Shown in pieces: positions 37,395 to 47,548 of a stretch of 64,000 nucleotides of DNA. A program made the translations under genes and the position numbers. The notes beneath the pieces are model-generated. The model saw only the letters and a list, made by a program, of their open reading frames with translations. It was not told the origin of the DNA and did no database searches. The DNA comes from Patescibacteria group bacterium (GTDB lineage Bacteria; Patescibacteriota; Microgenomatia; UBA1400; CG1-02-47-37). How positions within the stretch are numbered: position 1 is the stretch's first letter; each line of letters begins with the position of its first letter. The stretch covers positions 2,706 through 66,705 of the forward strand of contig JBBTRT010000005.1 of assembly GCA_038065055.1 (NCBI GenBank), given 5' to 3'.

Positions 37395-38496
37395 GCTTTT
37401 TTTTCGGATTAACGCAGAGGCGCGAAATATTTAATAAGATACCGACTGCGGCCAAATTAACTACCAGGGAAGAGCCGCCGTAAGAAATAAACGGCAAAGG
37501 CACGCCGGTTAACGGCAATAAAGCCAGCATAGCAGACAGATTGATGACAGTTTGAATCCCCAACCAACCGGCAATCGCTGAAGCTAAAAGCCGACTGAAT
37601 TCATCCGGAGCGAAACGGGCAATGGTAATCGCCCGGAAAACTAAATAAAATAAGGCGGCAATTAAAATGGCGGCGCCGATAAAACCGACTTCTTCGGCAA
37701 TAATGGCAAAAATCGAATCAGTGGATACCTGAGGCAAAAACTCATATTTTTGCCGCGATTGGCCAAGCCCCAACCCCCACCAGCCGCCGGAACCAATAGC
37801 AATTAACGCCTGCTGGATATGGTAAGAACTGCCTAAAGGATCGCGGCCGGGGTCAAAAAAAGTCAACAGCCTGGCCCGACGGTAATCTGAAAGCCAAATC
37901 AGGCCGCCACCGCTAGCTAAACCTAAAATTATTAAGCCAAATAAATGAAATAAATTAGCCCCGGAAATAAAATAAGTTAACACGGCCGTGAAAATTACGA
38001 CAATGGCAGTTCCTAAATCCGGCTGCAGCATAATTAAACCTAAAATTAAAGCAATTAAAGCCAAAAACGGCAATAAATGACGTTTTTTGGCCATCCAGGC
38101 AGCTAAGTAAAGGCTTAAAGTCAGTTTAACCAATTCAGTCGGCTGCAAGGTAAAACCAAAAAGGTTTAACCAGCGGCGGGCGCCTAAAGTGCTTTGGCCA
38201 AAACCGGGAATTAAAACCGCAACCAATAATATTAAGCTAAAAATGAGGCCGGGAAGGGCCAGTTTTGCCAGCCAGGTTAAAGGAAGCCGCGACAAAACCA
38301 GCAAACTAATAAAACCAAATATTGCCCACAGGCTTTGCTGGCGGACAAAATGATACTTGTCAGCAAACAAGCGGTTAGCCTCAATAATTGAGGCGTCATA
38401 AACCATTAATAAGCCAAATAAAGTAATAACGACTGTCAAAACTAATAAAATTCTATCGACAGGTTTAGTTTTGGGTTTGAAGCTGGTTAACGGCAT
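37381..38496 (-). CDS. ftsW: SEDS family lipid II flippase/polymerase FtsW
   Basis: QPTELVK, GSGGWWGLGLGQS, LPQVSTDSIF and PFISYGGSS, within the dcw cluster. Confidence 0.85.
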   Translation of the reverse strand: MPLTSFKPKTKPVDRILLVLTVVITLFGLLMVYDASIIEANRLFADKYHFVRQQSLWAIFGFISLLVLSRLPLTWLAKLALPGLIFSLILLVAVLIPGFGQSTLGARRWLNLFGFTLQPTELVKLTLSLYLAAWMAKKRHLLPFLALIALILGLIMLQPDLGTAIVVIFTAVLTYFISGANLFHLFGLIILGLASGGGLIWLSDYRRARLLTFFDPGRDPLGSSYHIQQALIAIGSGGWWGLGLGQSRQKYEFLPQVSTDSIFAIIAEEVGFIGAAILIAALFYLVFRAITIARFAPDEFSRLLASAIAGWLGIQTVINLSAMLALLPLTGVPLPFISYGGSSLVVNLAAVGILLNISRLCVNPKKKHDSA

Positions 38497-39850
38497 ATTT
38501 AAACTGATCGCCCCGGTCTTTGTAATTTATAAACATATCAAAGCTGGCGCAAGCCGGCGACAAAACCACGGCACTAACCGGCGGGGCTAATTTAACGGCG
38601 GCGCTAACAATGGATTTCATGTCAGTCAGGCCCTCAATTACCGGCGCTTGAAGCCGGCCGGCAGCGGCAATCGAGGCTTTAATTTTCCCAGCCATCTGGC
38701 CGATTAAAATCACTCCGGCCAAACGATGACAACTATGCAAGGTGGCACCCAAATGAGAATAATCGGAACCTTTATCCGAGCCGCCTAAAATGATGACAAT
38801 GGGTTCGTGAAAAGACTGCAGGGCGGCAATGGCGGTTTCCGGAATCGTCGAAAAAGAATCGTTATAGAATTTCACCTGATTTACCTCTTTGACTAATTCC
38901 AAACGGTGTTCCAAACCTTTAAATTCAAAAACCGCTTTTTTAATCCCCACAATCGAGGCCCGGGCCAAACGGCCGGCAACTATCGCGGCAGTCACATTTT
39001 CCCAGTTATGCTCCCCCCGCAATAATAATTTATCAACTGAACCGACCAAGAGCGGCTGACCCATGGTTTTTAAATACAAGCGGCGCTGGTAGACATAACT
39101 GCCAGTCACCCGCTGATACCGGCTAAACCAATAAATTTGCGCTTTGGTGGAGTGAGCCAAAGACCGGCTAAACTGATAATCAGAGTTTAAAACCGCAAAA
39201 TCAGCTTTTGATTGCCAACGGACAAGATTAGTTTTGGCTAGGCGGTACTCCCGGGTATGCCGGTGAACATCAAGATGCTCGCTGGTAATGTTAAGCACAA
39301 CGCTAATATGAGGACTAACAGTTAAATCCTGGAGTTGAAAGCTGGAAAGTTCCAAACAGACCCAGTCTTTGGGCTTTAAAACGCTTAATAATTTAAGCAT
39401 GGGCTTACCGATGTTGCCGGCCAAAAAAACATTGATCCCGGATGCGCGCAAAATAGCAGCGATCAAAGAGGCGGTCGTTCCTTTACCCTTGGTGCCGGTG
39501 ACGCCGATAATCTTAGCGGGGCAAAATTCAAAAAAAAGCTTAGTCGGGCTGGTAATTTTGACCCGGTGTTTCTGGGCCGCTAATAAGACAGGATGAAGGC
39601 GGTAAAAGCCGGGCGAGCGGACAATAATTTGGAATTCGTTTAAACCGGCAGCTAAATAGTCCGGACCAAAAAAAGTTTTTACAGCCAAGTCTGCAGGTAA
39701 TTGTTTGATTAGCGGCGCAAGTTCAACTTCTGTTTGGCGATCAAATACCGTCACTGAACAGGTAGTTTTTAAACCGTCCAACCAACGGAGAAAATCAAGA
39801 GTTTCTAAGCCCAAACCGAGAACGGCCACCGACTGATTTACAAAGCGCAT
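38465..39850 (-). CDS. murD: UDP-N-acetylmuramoylalanine--D-glutamate ligase
   Basis: VAVLGLGLE Rossmann N-terminus and P-loop GVTGTKGKGTT; dcw position. Confidence 0.85.
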   Translation of the reverse strand: MRFVNQSVAVLGLGLETLDFLRWLDGLKTTCSVTVFDRQTEVELAPLIKQLPADLAVKTFFGPDYLAAGLNEFQIIVRSPGFYRLHPVLLAAQKHRVKITSPTKLFFEFCPAKIIGVTGTKGKGTTASLIAAILRASGINVFLAGNIGKPMLKLLSVLKPKDWVCLELSSFQLQDLTVSPHISVVLNITSEHLDVHRHTREYRLAKTNLVRWQSKADFAVLNSDYQFSRSLAHSTKAQIYWFSRYQRVTGSYVYQRRLYLKTMGQPLLVGSVDKLLLRGEHNWENVTAAIVAGRLARASIVGIKKAVFEFKGLEHRLELVKEVNQVKFYNDSFSTIPETAIAALQSFHEPIVIILGGSDKGSDYSHLGATLHSCHRLAGVILIGQMAGKIKASIAAAGRLQAPVIEGLTDMKSIVSAAVKLAPPVSAVVLSPACASFDMFINYKDRGDQFKYAVNQLQTQN

Positions 39851-40539
39851 GATGTGAATATTATACTATTTTTGATTTTGGCCGGGTCACCAGTGGTAAA
39901 AAATTCATGAGTCGGATGAAGAGAATTACTTAATAAATTTTTTTGCGTTAATATTTTCCGGGTTTGGCAGGCAATGGCACGACTGGGTTCAATCAACGCA
40001 ACCTGGCTGCCGACAATTTTTTGAATCTGGTCTTTTACCAAAATATAGTGAGTACAACCCAAAGCGATGGTTTTTGTTCCTGATGGGATCGGCGGGAAAA
40101 AATCGGTAATATTTGCTCCAGCTTCAATTGCTTCCGCTAAACCCGGGCAAGCAATCGTGGTCACCGGATATTGGCTCGATAATTTACGATAACCCCGGCT
40201 TTTAGCGGTGGACGGGGTTACCAAAACCACGCCGCCTTGTTTAACTGCCGGCTCAGTGCCAATAATCGGCAAGGAATAATGTTGGCGTAAAGGACTGATG
40301 GTATTGGTAGTAATGGTGTTGCAGGCAATCACTAAAGCTTTGCAATTATTAACCAGAAAAAAATTCATTATTTTTAATAAACGGCGGTTGATTGTGCCAG
40401 GATTTTTGGCACCGTAGGGAAAAAAGGCATGGTCGGCCAAATAAAGGATGTTTTCCTGAGGCAGTTCGGTTAAGATGGCTTGGTAAATCGCTAAGCCGCC
40501 CAAACCGGAATCCAGAATTGCTAAAGGACGGCGATCCAT
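39838..40539 (-). CDS. murI: glutamate racemase
   Basis: ILDSGLGGL, catalytic Cys motifs VIACNT and LGCTHY. Confidence 0.85.
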   Translation of the reverse strand: MDRRPLAILDSGLGGLAIYQAILTELPQENILYLADHAFFPYGAKNPGTINRRLLKIMNFFLVNNCKALVIACNTITTNTISPLRQHYSLPIIGTEPAVKQGGVVLVTPSTAKSRGYRKLSSQYPVTTIACPGLAEAIEAGANITDFFPPIPSGTKTIALGCTHYILVKDQIQKIVGSQVALIEPSRAIACQTRKILTQKNLLSNSLHPTHEFFTTGDPAKIKNSIIFTSCAL

Positions 40540-41594
40540 ATTCCAAATAAAGCCAGCATGATGCTGGCCAAAATCGCCCGGGTAACAATTTTCGGTTCTT
40601 CCCAGCCTTTAAGCTGCAACCATAAATGAAAGGGTGAAACCGGAAAAATTTTGCGACGACGGAATCTTTTAGACAATAACTGCAATAAGCTGGAGAGGAT
40701 TTCGGCAATAAAAATGCCGCCGATAATAATTAAGGCCATGACTTTCCCGAGCAATAAACCAACCACGGCAAAAGTAGCGCCAAAAGCCAAGGAACCGACG
40801 TCGCCCAGCCAAATTCTGGCCGGGTAAACATTAAAGTAAAGAAAAGCAATCAAACTTCCCAGCCACAGGGCGAGAAAAAAAGATAACGGCGTATCTAAAA
40901 TCGAGGCGGATAAAAACCAAAAAGCAAACAAAGCGATCATTAAGACTCCGGAAGCCAAACCGTCCAGGCCGTCGGTGATATTAACCGCATTGGCAAAACT
41001 TACCACCACGGTGGCGGCAAAAGGGATAAACAACCAACCAAGCTTCAAGGTGGAGATAAAGGGAATATAAAGAATGTCGATGCCTAAATTAAAGTAAAAC
41101 ATACAGGCAATAATCAAGGCCAAAATCCACTGGATAATAAATTTGTGGCGCATTCTTAAGCCAAAAAAGCCGGTGTGGTCAAAATGGAAAAACTTCATGA
41201 TGTCGTCGTAAAGGCCTAAAAGCCCGAAAGAAATAAAAGTAAAAAAGATGACGTGGATTTCCGCTTTGATCGGGTAAACATTGGTAATAAAAACCCCGGC
41301 GTACTTAGCTAGAGGAAAAAGCAAAAAGAAAAGCAAGGTCACAACACTAATAACTAAAAACCCGCCGCCGACCGGAGTGCCTTTTTTATGGGCGTGAAAG
41401 CGGTCAAAAATCGGCGTGGGCCGATTAAAAGCGTCTTTGGTTTTTTGGGCCTGGCGGGTAAAACGCCAGCGGTAAAGCAAGTGAATAAAAGGCACCAGGC
41501 TCACGGCAGTGATGACAAAAGAAAAAATAAGCAAGCTTAAAAGCAAAGCCATAGGTTGATTATAAATGGCGGAAGAGACGGCGGATAGTCTCAA
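40521..41594 (-). CDS. mraY: phospho-N-acetylmuramoyl-pentapeptide transferase
   Basis: KKGTPVGGG and NAVNITDGLDGLA; polytopic. Confidence 0.9.
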   Translation of the reverse strand: MRLSAVSSAIYNQPMALLLSLLIFSFVITAVSLVPFIHLLYRWRFTRQAQKTKDAFNRPTPIFDRFHAHKKGTPVGGGFLVISVVTLLFFLLFPLAKYAGVFITNVYPIKAEIHVIFFTFISFGLLGLYDDIMKFFHFDHTGFFGLRMRHKFIIQWILALIIACMFYFNLGIDILYIPFISTLKLGWLFIPFAATVVVSFANAVNITDGLDGLASGVLMIALFAFWFLSASILDTPLSFFLALWLGSLIAFLYFNVYPARIWLGDVGSLAFGATFAVVGLLLGKVMALIIIGGIFIAEILSSLLQLLSKRFRRRKIFPVSPFHLWLQLKGWEEPKIVTRAILASIMLALFGIWIAVL

Positions 41595-42573
41595 ATATAT
41601 AGGTTAACCAATAAGTCCAGTGAAGCGGCAGATCATGGGCAGGCAAATAGTTGATTGACCGGCCCCCAAAACCGGTTTTAAATAAAGTCACGCCGGCAAA
41701 ACGATGATGAGGATTATTTCCACTGGCTATCCCCCAAAAATTGTAACGTTTAAAACCACGGCGCCTGGCTTCTTTAATTACGGCCCACTGCAAGGCATAA
41801 GAAGCCGGAATATCCCGGAATTGGTCGGCCGAGCCAGAGTAATGATAAACCGCTTCGGGGCCGTAAAAAATAATAAAAGCAATGGCTAAAACCTGCTGTT
41901 TATAGATTACTTTAAATAGTTGAATTTGATTATCTGGCAAAAAAGCCTGAAATTGAGCCTCGAGGTAGGCAAGAGAAAAAGGAACAAAATGATGTCTCTT
42001 GGCAACCGCCAGCTGCAAATGGTAAAGGGCCTGAACGTCTTTAATGTCCTTTGAGGAGACGACTTTTAGCCCCAGAGACAAAGATTTTTTAATACTATAG
42101 CGGGTATTTTTCCTCATGGCGGCAAGCAATTGCTCTTCGGATGGTTCCAGATCTAAAACCCAAGTAGATTCGGCATGAAGATGCATGGGCGACTTAATTA
42201 AATTTAATTTAGGAACTGAAGTAATGTTCGGTCTAATTCTGATAAAGACTGCCTGTTCTTTCACACCTAAAGACTTTAAATAACTAAAAACATAATCAAT
42301 TTCAGCTTGACTCTGCCAATTAAGAATCGGGCCGCCGGGAATTTCCAAATAAGTCGCCCGCTTGGCGCGAATTTTGATCGCTAAAATTAAGCCAACTAGT
42401 TTATTTGTCTCAAAAATACCCAGGCGAAAAATCTTATGGCCAAGCTGGAGATGAAATTCGCCCCAATTCCAGGACTGAAGGAAAGTGCATTGCTCTGACT
42501 TCTGTAAATAACTTTCCCAATCAGCTTTACTGGTAATTGGTTTTAAATTAAGCATGGGATTTAATGAAGTCAA
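41560..42573 (-). CDS. FemAB-family peptidoglycan aminoacyltransferase (FemX-like)
   Basis: FLQSWNWGEF N-terminal signature; the length and two-GNAT-like architecture are typical of FemABX. Confidence 0.75.
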   Translation of the reverse strand: MTSLNPMLNLKPITSKADWESYLQKSEQCTFLQSWNWGEFHLQLGHKIFRLGIFETNKLVGLILAIKIRAKRATYLEIPGGPILNWQSQAEIDYVFSYLKSLGVKEQAVFIRIRPNITSVPKLNLIKSPMHLHAESTWVLDLEPSEEQLLAAMRKNTRYSIKKSLSLGLKVVSSKDIKDVQALYHLQLAVAKRHHFVPFSLAYLEAQFQAFLPDNQIQLFKVIYKQQVLAIAFIIFYGPEAVYHYSGSADQFRDIPASYALQWAVIKEARRRGFKRYNFWGIASGNNPHHRFAGVTLFKTGFGGRSINYLPAHDLPLHWTYWLTYIFETIRRLFRHL

Positions 42574-43597
42574 CGACTCTTTGGACGTCGCTTAAATTCA
42601 TCCGCGGGTGAGTCGGCAAATTAATAATTTTATTTTCATACCAATTCCCCAGCCACAAATGCTCTAATTTAGCCAGTTTAATTAATTGAATTGGATCTTT
42701 AACGATTAAAGGAAAACGCAGGTAAGTTGCTTCCGGGTGAAAGGGCTGGTTAAAAGCCTGGCAATAAAGCCGGGCAATCTGGCGGCGGTGACGATTAAAA
42801 CTATCCAGCCTCTGCCACTGATGCAAGGCCAGACCGGCCAAAGCATTGGGAAGCTGTTCAGGAACTAACTGGTTTAAAGGCAAGGCAATTAAGTTTAATT
42901 TCCGGCACAGATGAATTAAATATTTGCCGAAATAATAGTAAGCCGGCACCGCTAGGGAAAAAATTAAAGGGTGTAATAATTGCTTAAAAATCCAAAAATA
43001 TCCGGGCAAAGGCATATTTAATTGAACTGTTTTCCGGGTTAAAAGAGCGCCGCCGAAAATCGAAGAGATGATTTTATCCCGGCCAAAACTCAAAACCGTG
43101 ATCTCGCCAAAGCTACCGACTTTTTTACCTTTGAAAGTGGCGCCTAAGCTGTGGGCCAAATCTTCGATCAAGATTAACTGATGTTTTTTGCATAAACTGG
43201 CAATAAAAGCCATGTCATCGGGAATGCCGAAAAGATGCTGAATAATTAAAACTTTAGTCTGGGAAGTAATTTTGGCTTTGATTTGGCCCAATTCATAACC
43301 AATTGGTTTTAAACCGGCCTTAATAATCGCCTGAGGTACTACCTGACAAGTGAAACTGGGGTATAGAACCTCAGCTGAAGATAAATTTAATGATTTTAAG
43401 CCCAGGTAAAGCGCAGTCCTGGCTGAGTTTGTCAAATAAACATGGGGAAAATTAAAATAAGTTTTAATTTTAGCGGTCAAACGGCCGGTAAATTGGCCGG
43501 TTTGCCAAAGCCAGGGTTGCAGCAATAATTTTAATGCCAGCAAGACATCAGTAAATTGAGCGTTGGGTGAGATGCCGATCAGGATTGGTTTGAGCAT
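42548..43597 (-). CDS. DegT/DnrJ/EryC1-like PLP-dependent aminotransferase embedded in the dcw cluster
   Basis: EDLAHSLGA...GEITVLSFGRDKIISS (PLP-Lys region). Confidence 0.7.
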   Translation of the reverse strand: MLKPILIGISPNAQFTDVLLALKLLLQPWLWQTGQFTGRLTAKIKTYFNFPHVYLTNSARTALYLGLKSLNLSSAEVLYPSFTCQVVPQAIIKAGLKPIGYELGQIKAKITSQTKVLIIQHLFGIPDDMAFIASLCKKHQLILIEDLAHSLGATFKGKKVGSFGEITVLSFGRDKIISSIFGGALLTRKTVQLNMPLPGYFWIFKQLLHPLIFSLAVPAYYYFGKYLIHLCRKLNLIALPLNQLVPEQLPNALAGLALHQWQRLDSFNRHRRQIARLYCQAFNQPFHPEATYLRFPLIVKDPIQLIKLAKLEHLWLGNWYENKIINLPTHPRMNLSDVQRVVDFIKSHA

Positions 43598-44865
43598 AAA
43601 ACTTTAATAAATTTGGCAGAAAAACGACCTTCAATTAATAATAAATGATTCTTAGTTAAAATTAGGGTCAATTTTTGAAGCAGATCGGCTTCAGAACCGG
43701 TCTTGACCTGGAAATATGGGGCAATCTCCGGTTTGGTAACAAAAATTTGGTCAAAAACAGGTTTCGCCTGAGCAGCCAGCTGGCGATGAATTTTGGCTGA
43801 CTGACTGCCTAATTCAATAATCCCCGGGGTAATCAAGATTTTGGTTTTAAAAGGCAAATCAGAAACATATTTTATAGCCTGGTTAAAACCGGCAGGATTG
43901 GAGTTATAACTGTCATTGATAATGGTTGCTTGATTTAGCCCTTTAGTCAAAGTGAGTGCAGATTTTAATTGAGGGAGATGAGTTAAGTCAAATTTTTTAA
44001 TTCCCAAATATTGCGCCACAATAATAGCGGCACTAAGATTTAATTGCTGGCCTTGGCCAAGCAAATTTATCTTTTGTTTGGCATAACCATAAAACTTGGT
44101 TGGGGCCTGGCTGATGGCGAGTTTTTTAGTAAATTGGTTAACGCCGTTAACGACCGCCAGGCCGTTTTTGGGTAAAGCTAAGAGTAATTCTGATTTGGCT
44201 TTAATAATATTTTCCTGGCTGCCAAAAAGACCCAAATGCTGCTCATTAATTCCGGTTAAAATACCAATTTTTGGCTTAACCAGGCGGCAGATGGCGGCAA
44301 TCTCGCCGAGCCTATAAGCGCCCATTTCAACCACAAAATATTGATGGGTTGAATTTAAAGATTTAAGAATTGTAAGAGCAACACCAATGGTAGTATTGGA
44401 ATTTAATGGAGTTTTAAGGACAGGATACTTTGAGGCTAAGATATGACTCAATATTTCTTTGGTGCTAGTTTTGCCATAACTGCCGGTAATACCGATAACA
44501 GTCAATTTTTTATAAAATAAAAGCTTAATTTTGGCGGCCAAAATAATCAGGTCGTAAAGCAAACCGGTTAGGGGAGCTAAAAATAAAACCGCTAAGCTGA
44601 CAGTTAAAGGCAGCAATAAATAGGCCAGCAAAGGGTGAAATAAAAAAGAGAAATAAAAAGATAGATAAAATAAAATTAAAATTTTAAAGGTTAGGCGGGG
44701 GCGGAAAAGTTGAAGCGAGGGCAATAAGTATTGATTTCGGGCAGAAGTGGCTAACATGGCCCGGAACCGGTCCCAGCGGTATTCTTTCAGCTGCCAAAAA
44801 TACAAGCAGCGGCTGATTGCCTGCAGCAATAATAAAAAATAAATTATTTTGAACCAATAAACCAT
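43579..44865 (-). CDS. murF: MurF-type Mur ligase whose N-terminal domain is replaced by a ~125-aa hydrophobic (about 4-helix) region
   Basis: P-loop GITGSYGKTSTKE begins near residue 128. It is preceded by IIYFLLLLQAI..., ILILFYLSFYFSFLFHPLLAYLLLPLTVSLAVLFLAPLTGLLYDLIILAA. The C-terminal part is Mur-ligase-like (NDSYNSNP). Confidence 0.75.
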   Translation of the reverse strand: MVYWFKIIYFLLLLQAISRCLYFWQLKEYRWDRFRAMLATSARNQYLLPSLQLFRPRLTFKILILFYLSFYFSFLFHPLLAYLLLPLTVSLAVLFLAPLTGLLYDLIILAAKIKLLFYKKLTVIGITGSYGKTSTKEILSHILASKYPVLKTPLNSNTTIGVALTILKSLNSTHQYFVVEMGAYRLGEIAAICRLVKPKIGILTGINEQHLGLFGSQENIIKAKSELLLALPKNGLAVVNGVNQFTKKLAISQAPTKFYGYAKQKINLLGQGQQLNLSAAIIVAQYLGIKKFDLTHLPQLKSALTLTKGLNQATIINDSYNSNPAGFNQAIKYVSDLPFKTKILITPGIIELGSQSAKIHRQLAAQAKPVFDQIFVTKPEIAPYFQVKTGSEADLLQKLTLILTKNHLLLIEGRFSAKFIKVLCSNQS

Positions 44866-45512
44866 AAGATTTTTTCCTTAAGCGGCTTAATGTGAGTAAA
44901 CGGCAAGCCGTGTTGAGCGTCACTGATAACGAAAAAGCGCGAATGGTTAATCAATTCATGGATTAACCGGCCGTCTTTAAGCGGGGTGTAGTGGTCGAAC
45001 TTTCCCCAGATAATCAGCGTCGGCGCCTTAACTTTAACCATATTTTTTTGTTGGTCTTCAGTTAAAATTATGGCCATGGTCTGCCTCATTTTTGGATTAG
45101 CGCGGTAATAATCAGTCGCGAGGAGTAAACGGTAAAGCAAAGATTTGGCTTTTTCCCGCAGGTAACCACGAAGCAATTTAGCCAGCGGGGTGATTATTTT
45201 CCGTTTCCAGCTTGGACGCCTAATTCCGGCGCTAGCAATAAGAATTAATTTTTTCACCCGCTCCGGATGGTTAGCGGCAAAATTAATGGCAATCTGGCCG
45301 CCAAAAGAATGGCCGGCAAGAAAAAACGGCGGTAATGTTTTGGTTTTCTGATAAAGCCAATCGGAAAAGTCAGCAATATTTCTGACTTTATCTTGGGGCA
45401 AACCAGGTAAAATTACAAATAAACCGGTAGATTTGAGTTTTTTAACCAATGGTTTCCAGCGGGACAAATCACTGCCCCAACCGTGAAGAATAACCAATGT
45501 CTCTGCCATCAA
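44844..45512 (-). CDS. alpha/beta hydrolase
   Basis: Nucleophile elbow AGHSFGG and LVILHGWGS. Confidence 0.75.
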   Translation of the reverse strand: MMAETLVILHGWGSDLSRWKPLVKKLKSTGLFVILPGLPQDKVRNIADFSDWLYQKTKTLPPFFLAGHSFGGQIAINFAANHPERVKKLILIASAGIRRPSWKRKIITPLAKLLRGYLREKAKSLLYRLLLATDYYRANPKMRQTMAIILTEDQQKNMVKVKAPTLIIWGKFDHYTPLKDGRLIHELINHSRFFVISDAQHGLPFTHIKPLKEKILWFIGSK

Positions 45513-46486
45513 CGATTAATTAATTTAATAATCGTACGGGCTAATTTGGCAGAATCGTGGCGCAACAAACTGCGTTTTAAGCTGTCGCTGGTTGGTTTTT
45601 GATAAGGAGTGTTGGCCAGCAATGGTTGGCGGATTACCCGGCTGTCTTCTCCCAAATTATCTTCCACCGAATATTCAGTTTGAGTTTTGTAGGCTTGTAA
45701 AATTACCGGCGGAATCGGTTGATTATTCACAATAATACTGTCAATCTTACGACCGCTGTATTTTTCCAGCTCTTTAATATGGTCCAGGGCGGTAAAATAA
45801 TTAGTTTGGCTATTTAAAGTCATCAGGTTAACAATGTAAACTAATTTGGCTTGGGAACGTTGAAGCGCTGACCGCGACCCCTTGACAACTAAACTGGCAA
45901 TCAAACTGTTAAACAAATCGCCCGGGGCAAAAATAACCAGTTCAGCGGTTTCGATGGCAACTTTTGCCTGAGGATTAATCAAGGCTTGAGGCAAAGTGTA
46001 AAGCTTGACAATCCGTTCATTTTTTTTCAGGCGGTGGACTTCGATTTTGTGTTCGGAAATAATGGTTTGGCCATCAGAATACTCGGCAGCCAGTTTGACC
46101 ATCTGCCGGGAAATAGGCAGAATCGTGCCTTTAAGGCGGAAAAGTTTGGAAATTTGTTCAACAGCGGCCGGTTCACTGCCTAAAATGTCTTCCAAGGCAG
46201 TTAAAAATAAGTTACCCAGGCTGTGGCCCTTAATCCCTTTGCCTTTTTCAAACCGGTAAGTAAAAAGTTTTTGGAATAAGCCGTTTTCTTTTGCCAAGGC
46301 CGCCAAGCACTGGCGGATATCGCCAACCGGTAAAAATCCAAATTCATCCCGCAGGCGGCCGGTTGACCCACCATCGTCAGTGACCGGCACAATGGCGGTT
46401 AAATCGACCGGGTAATTTTTTAAACCGGAAAGCAAGACAAAACTGCCGGTGCCGCCGCCAATGACCACAATTTTTTTTTGTTGCAC
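45509..46486 (-). CDS. YvcK/CofD-family protein (gluconeogenesis factor-like); GTG start
   Basis: VVIGGGTGSFVLLSGLK...VTDDGGSTGRLR. TGGTAAAAT (complement of 46494-46502) lies 7 nt upstream of the GTG. Confidence 0.85.
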   Translation of the reverse strand: MQQKKIVVIGGGTGSFVLLSGLKNYPVDLTAIVPVTDDGGSTGRLRDEFGFLPVGDIRQCLAALAKENGLFQKLFTYRFEKGKGIKGHSLGNLFLTALEDILGSEPAAVEQISKLFRLKGTILPISRQMVKLAAEYSDGQTIISEHKIEVHRLKKNERIVKLYTLPQALINPQAKVAIETAELVIFAPGDLFNSLIASLVVKGSRSALQRSQAKLVYIVNLMTLNSQTNYFTALDHIKELEKYSGRKIDSIIVNNQPIPPVILQAYKTQTEYSVEDNLGEDSRVIRQPLLANTPYQKPTSDSLKRSLLRHDSAKLARTIIKLINR

Positions 46487-46562
46487 AGCGTCTATTTTAC
46501 CATTTGATTGACTTTTAAGAAAATAGGAATAAACTACGAGTGTAATTTACAAAAATATAATT

Positions 46563-47030
46563 ATGAGCTTAAATGAAACCTCGGTTACGTATTCTGAAAA
46601 AATAAATCCTGTTATCAAGGCGGCGGCGGCTTTCGTTCCGGTCAGTGATTATTGGCAATTAAGATTAAGCACAGCAATTCCAACTGATGAAGTAGGGCAA
46701 ATTACCCGGGCAGTCAGGGCAACCAATGAATGGGCTCGGAATTTTGGCAAATCAGAAAAGATTAATCAGCCGATTAAGCCATCTTTAAATCCGATCGTGA
46801 TCGCTTCAAGAAAATTTCTCCAGCGTATCCCTTTGGAGGAATATTTACCGGCCCGGCATGAAGTAATTGTAGAGGCAATTGCATCCAGTAACAAAAGGGT
46901 GGCTTATCTTGAAGAATCAATTGGTTATGATGCTGAACTAGATAAAGCTGAATGTGAAGGGATGGCTCTTTCAAGTGAACTTAGTATGACTACAGCAGCA
47001 ATAAAGGCAGTCAACCAGCCTCCGGCTTGA
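46563..47030 (+). CDS. hypothetical protein (155 aa)
   Basis: Clean ORF. I recognise no family. Confidence 0.5.
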   Translation: MSLNETSVTYSEKINPVIKAAAAFVPVSDYWQLRLSTAIPTDEVGQITRAVRATNEWARNFGKSEKINQPIKPSLNPIVIASRKFLQRIPLEEYLPARHEVIVEAIASSNKRVAYLEESIGYDAELDKAECEGMALSSELSMTTAAIKAVNQPPA

Positions 47031-47035
47031 TTCAA

Positions 47036-47057
47036 CCTGCAGGGCTGTCCTCGTAGG
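47036..47057. repeat. REP-like palindrome, degenerate (CCTGCAGGG CTGT CCTCGTAGG), immediately 5' of the RayT-like gene promoter
   Basis: Read directly. It abuts TATAGT (47060-47065). Confidence 0.7.
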
Positions 47058-47219
47058 TGTATAGTTAAAGTAATGCCGGCAAAAAATAGTCTTAAGAATT
47101 ATTCCCCTGAGGCTTACTACCATGTTTATAATCGCGGAGTTGCCAAACAACCTATTTTTCTTGACGAGCAAGATTTTAAAACCTTTTTATCTTACCTTAA
47201 ATTTTACTTGACTACTCCC

Positions 47220-47246
47220 AACCTTCAAGGACTGTCCTTGAAGGTT
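47220..47246. repeat. REP-like palindrome, perfect 13-bp arms (AACCTTCAAGGAC T GTCCTTGAAGGTT), inside the RayT-like ORF (encodes NLQGLSLKV)
   Basis: Read directly. Confidence 0.85.
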
Positions 47247-47525
47247 GCCCCCTCAAGAAAACTAAAAAACTATACCGATCAAATTAAGCTGCTTGCCTAT
47301 TGTTTAATGCCAAACCACTTTCATTTTTTTATTTTTCAAAAAGAAGCAAATTCAATGACTGAATTCATTAGCTCGATAAGTACAAAATATTCAATGTATT
47401 TTAACAAAAAATACAAATGCGTCGGCCATGTTTTCCAAGGAAGATATAAAGCATTAACGGTAATAAATGAGAATCAGTTTATTTATCTGTCCAAATATAT
47501 CCACCAAAATCCCTTAGATATTTTA

Positions 47526-47548
47526 CCTACAGGGACTGTCCTTGAAGG
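47526..47548. repeat. REP-like palindrome (CCTACAGGGACTGTCCTTGAAGG) inside the RayT-like ORF (encodes PTGTVLEG)
   Basis: Read directly. It is identical over 26 nt to the copy at 47737-47762. Confidence 0.85.

Noticed and set aside
40349-40708. 119-aa minus-strand ORF overlapping the murI/mraY junction in another frame
   Set aside because: It overlaps two well-supported genes (murI and mraY) in a different frame on the same strand, and its translation is unconvincing (Cys/Ser/Phe/Arg-rich).
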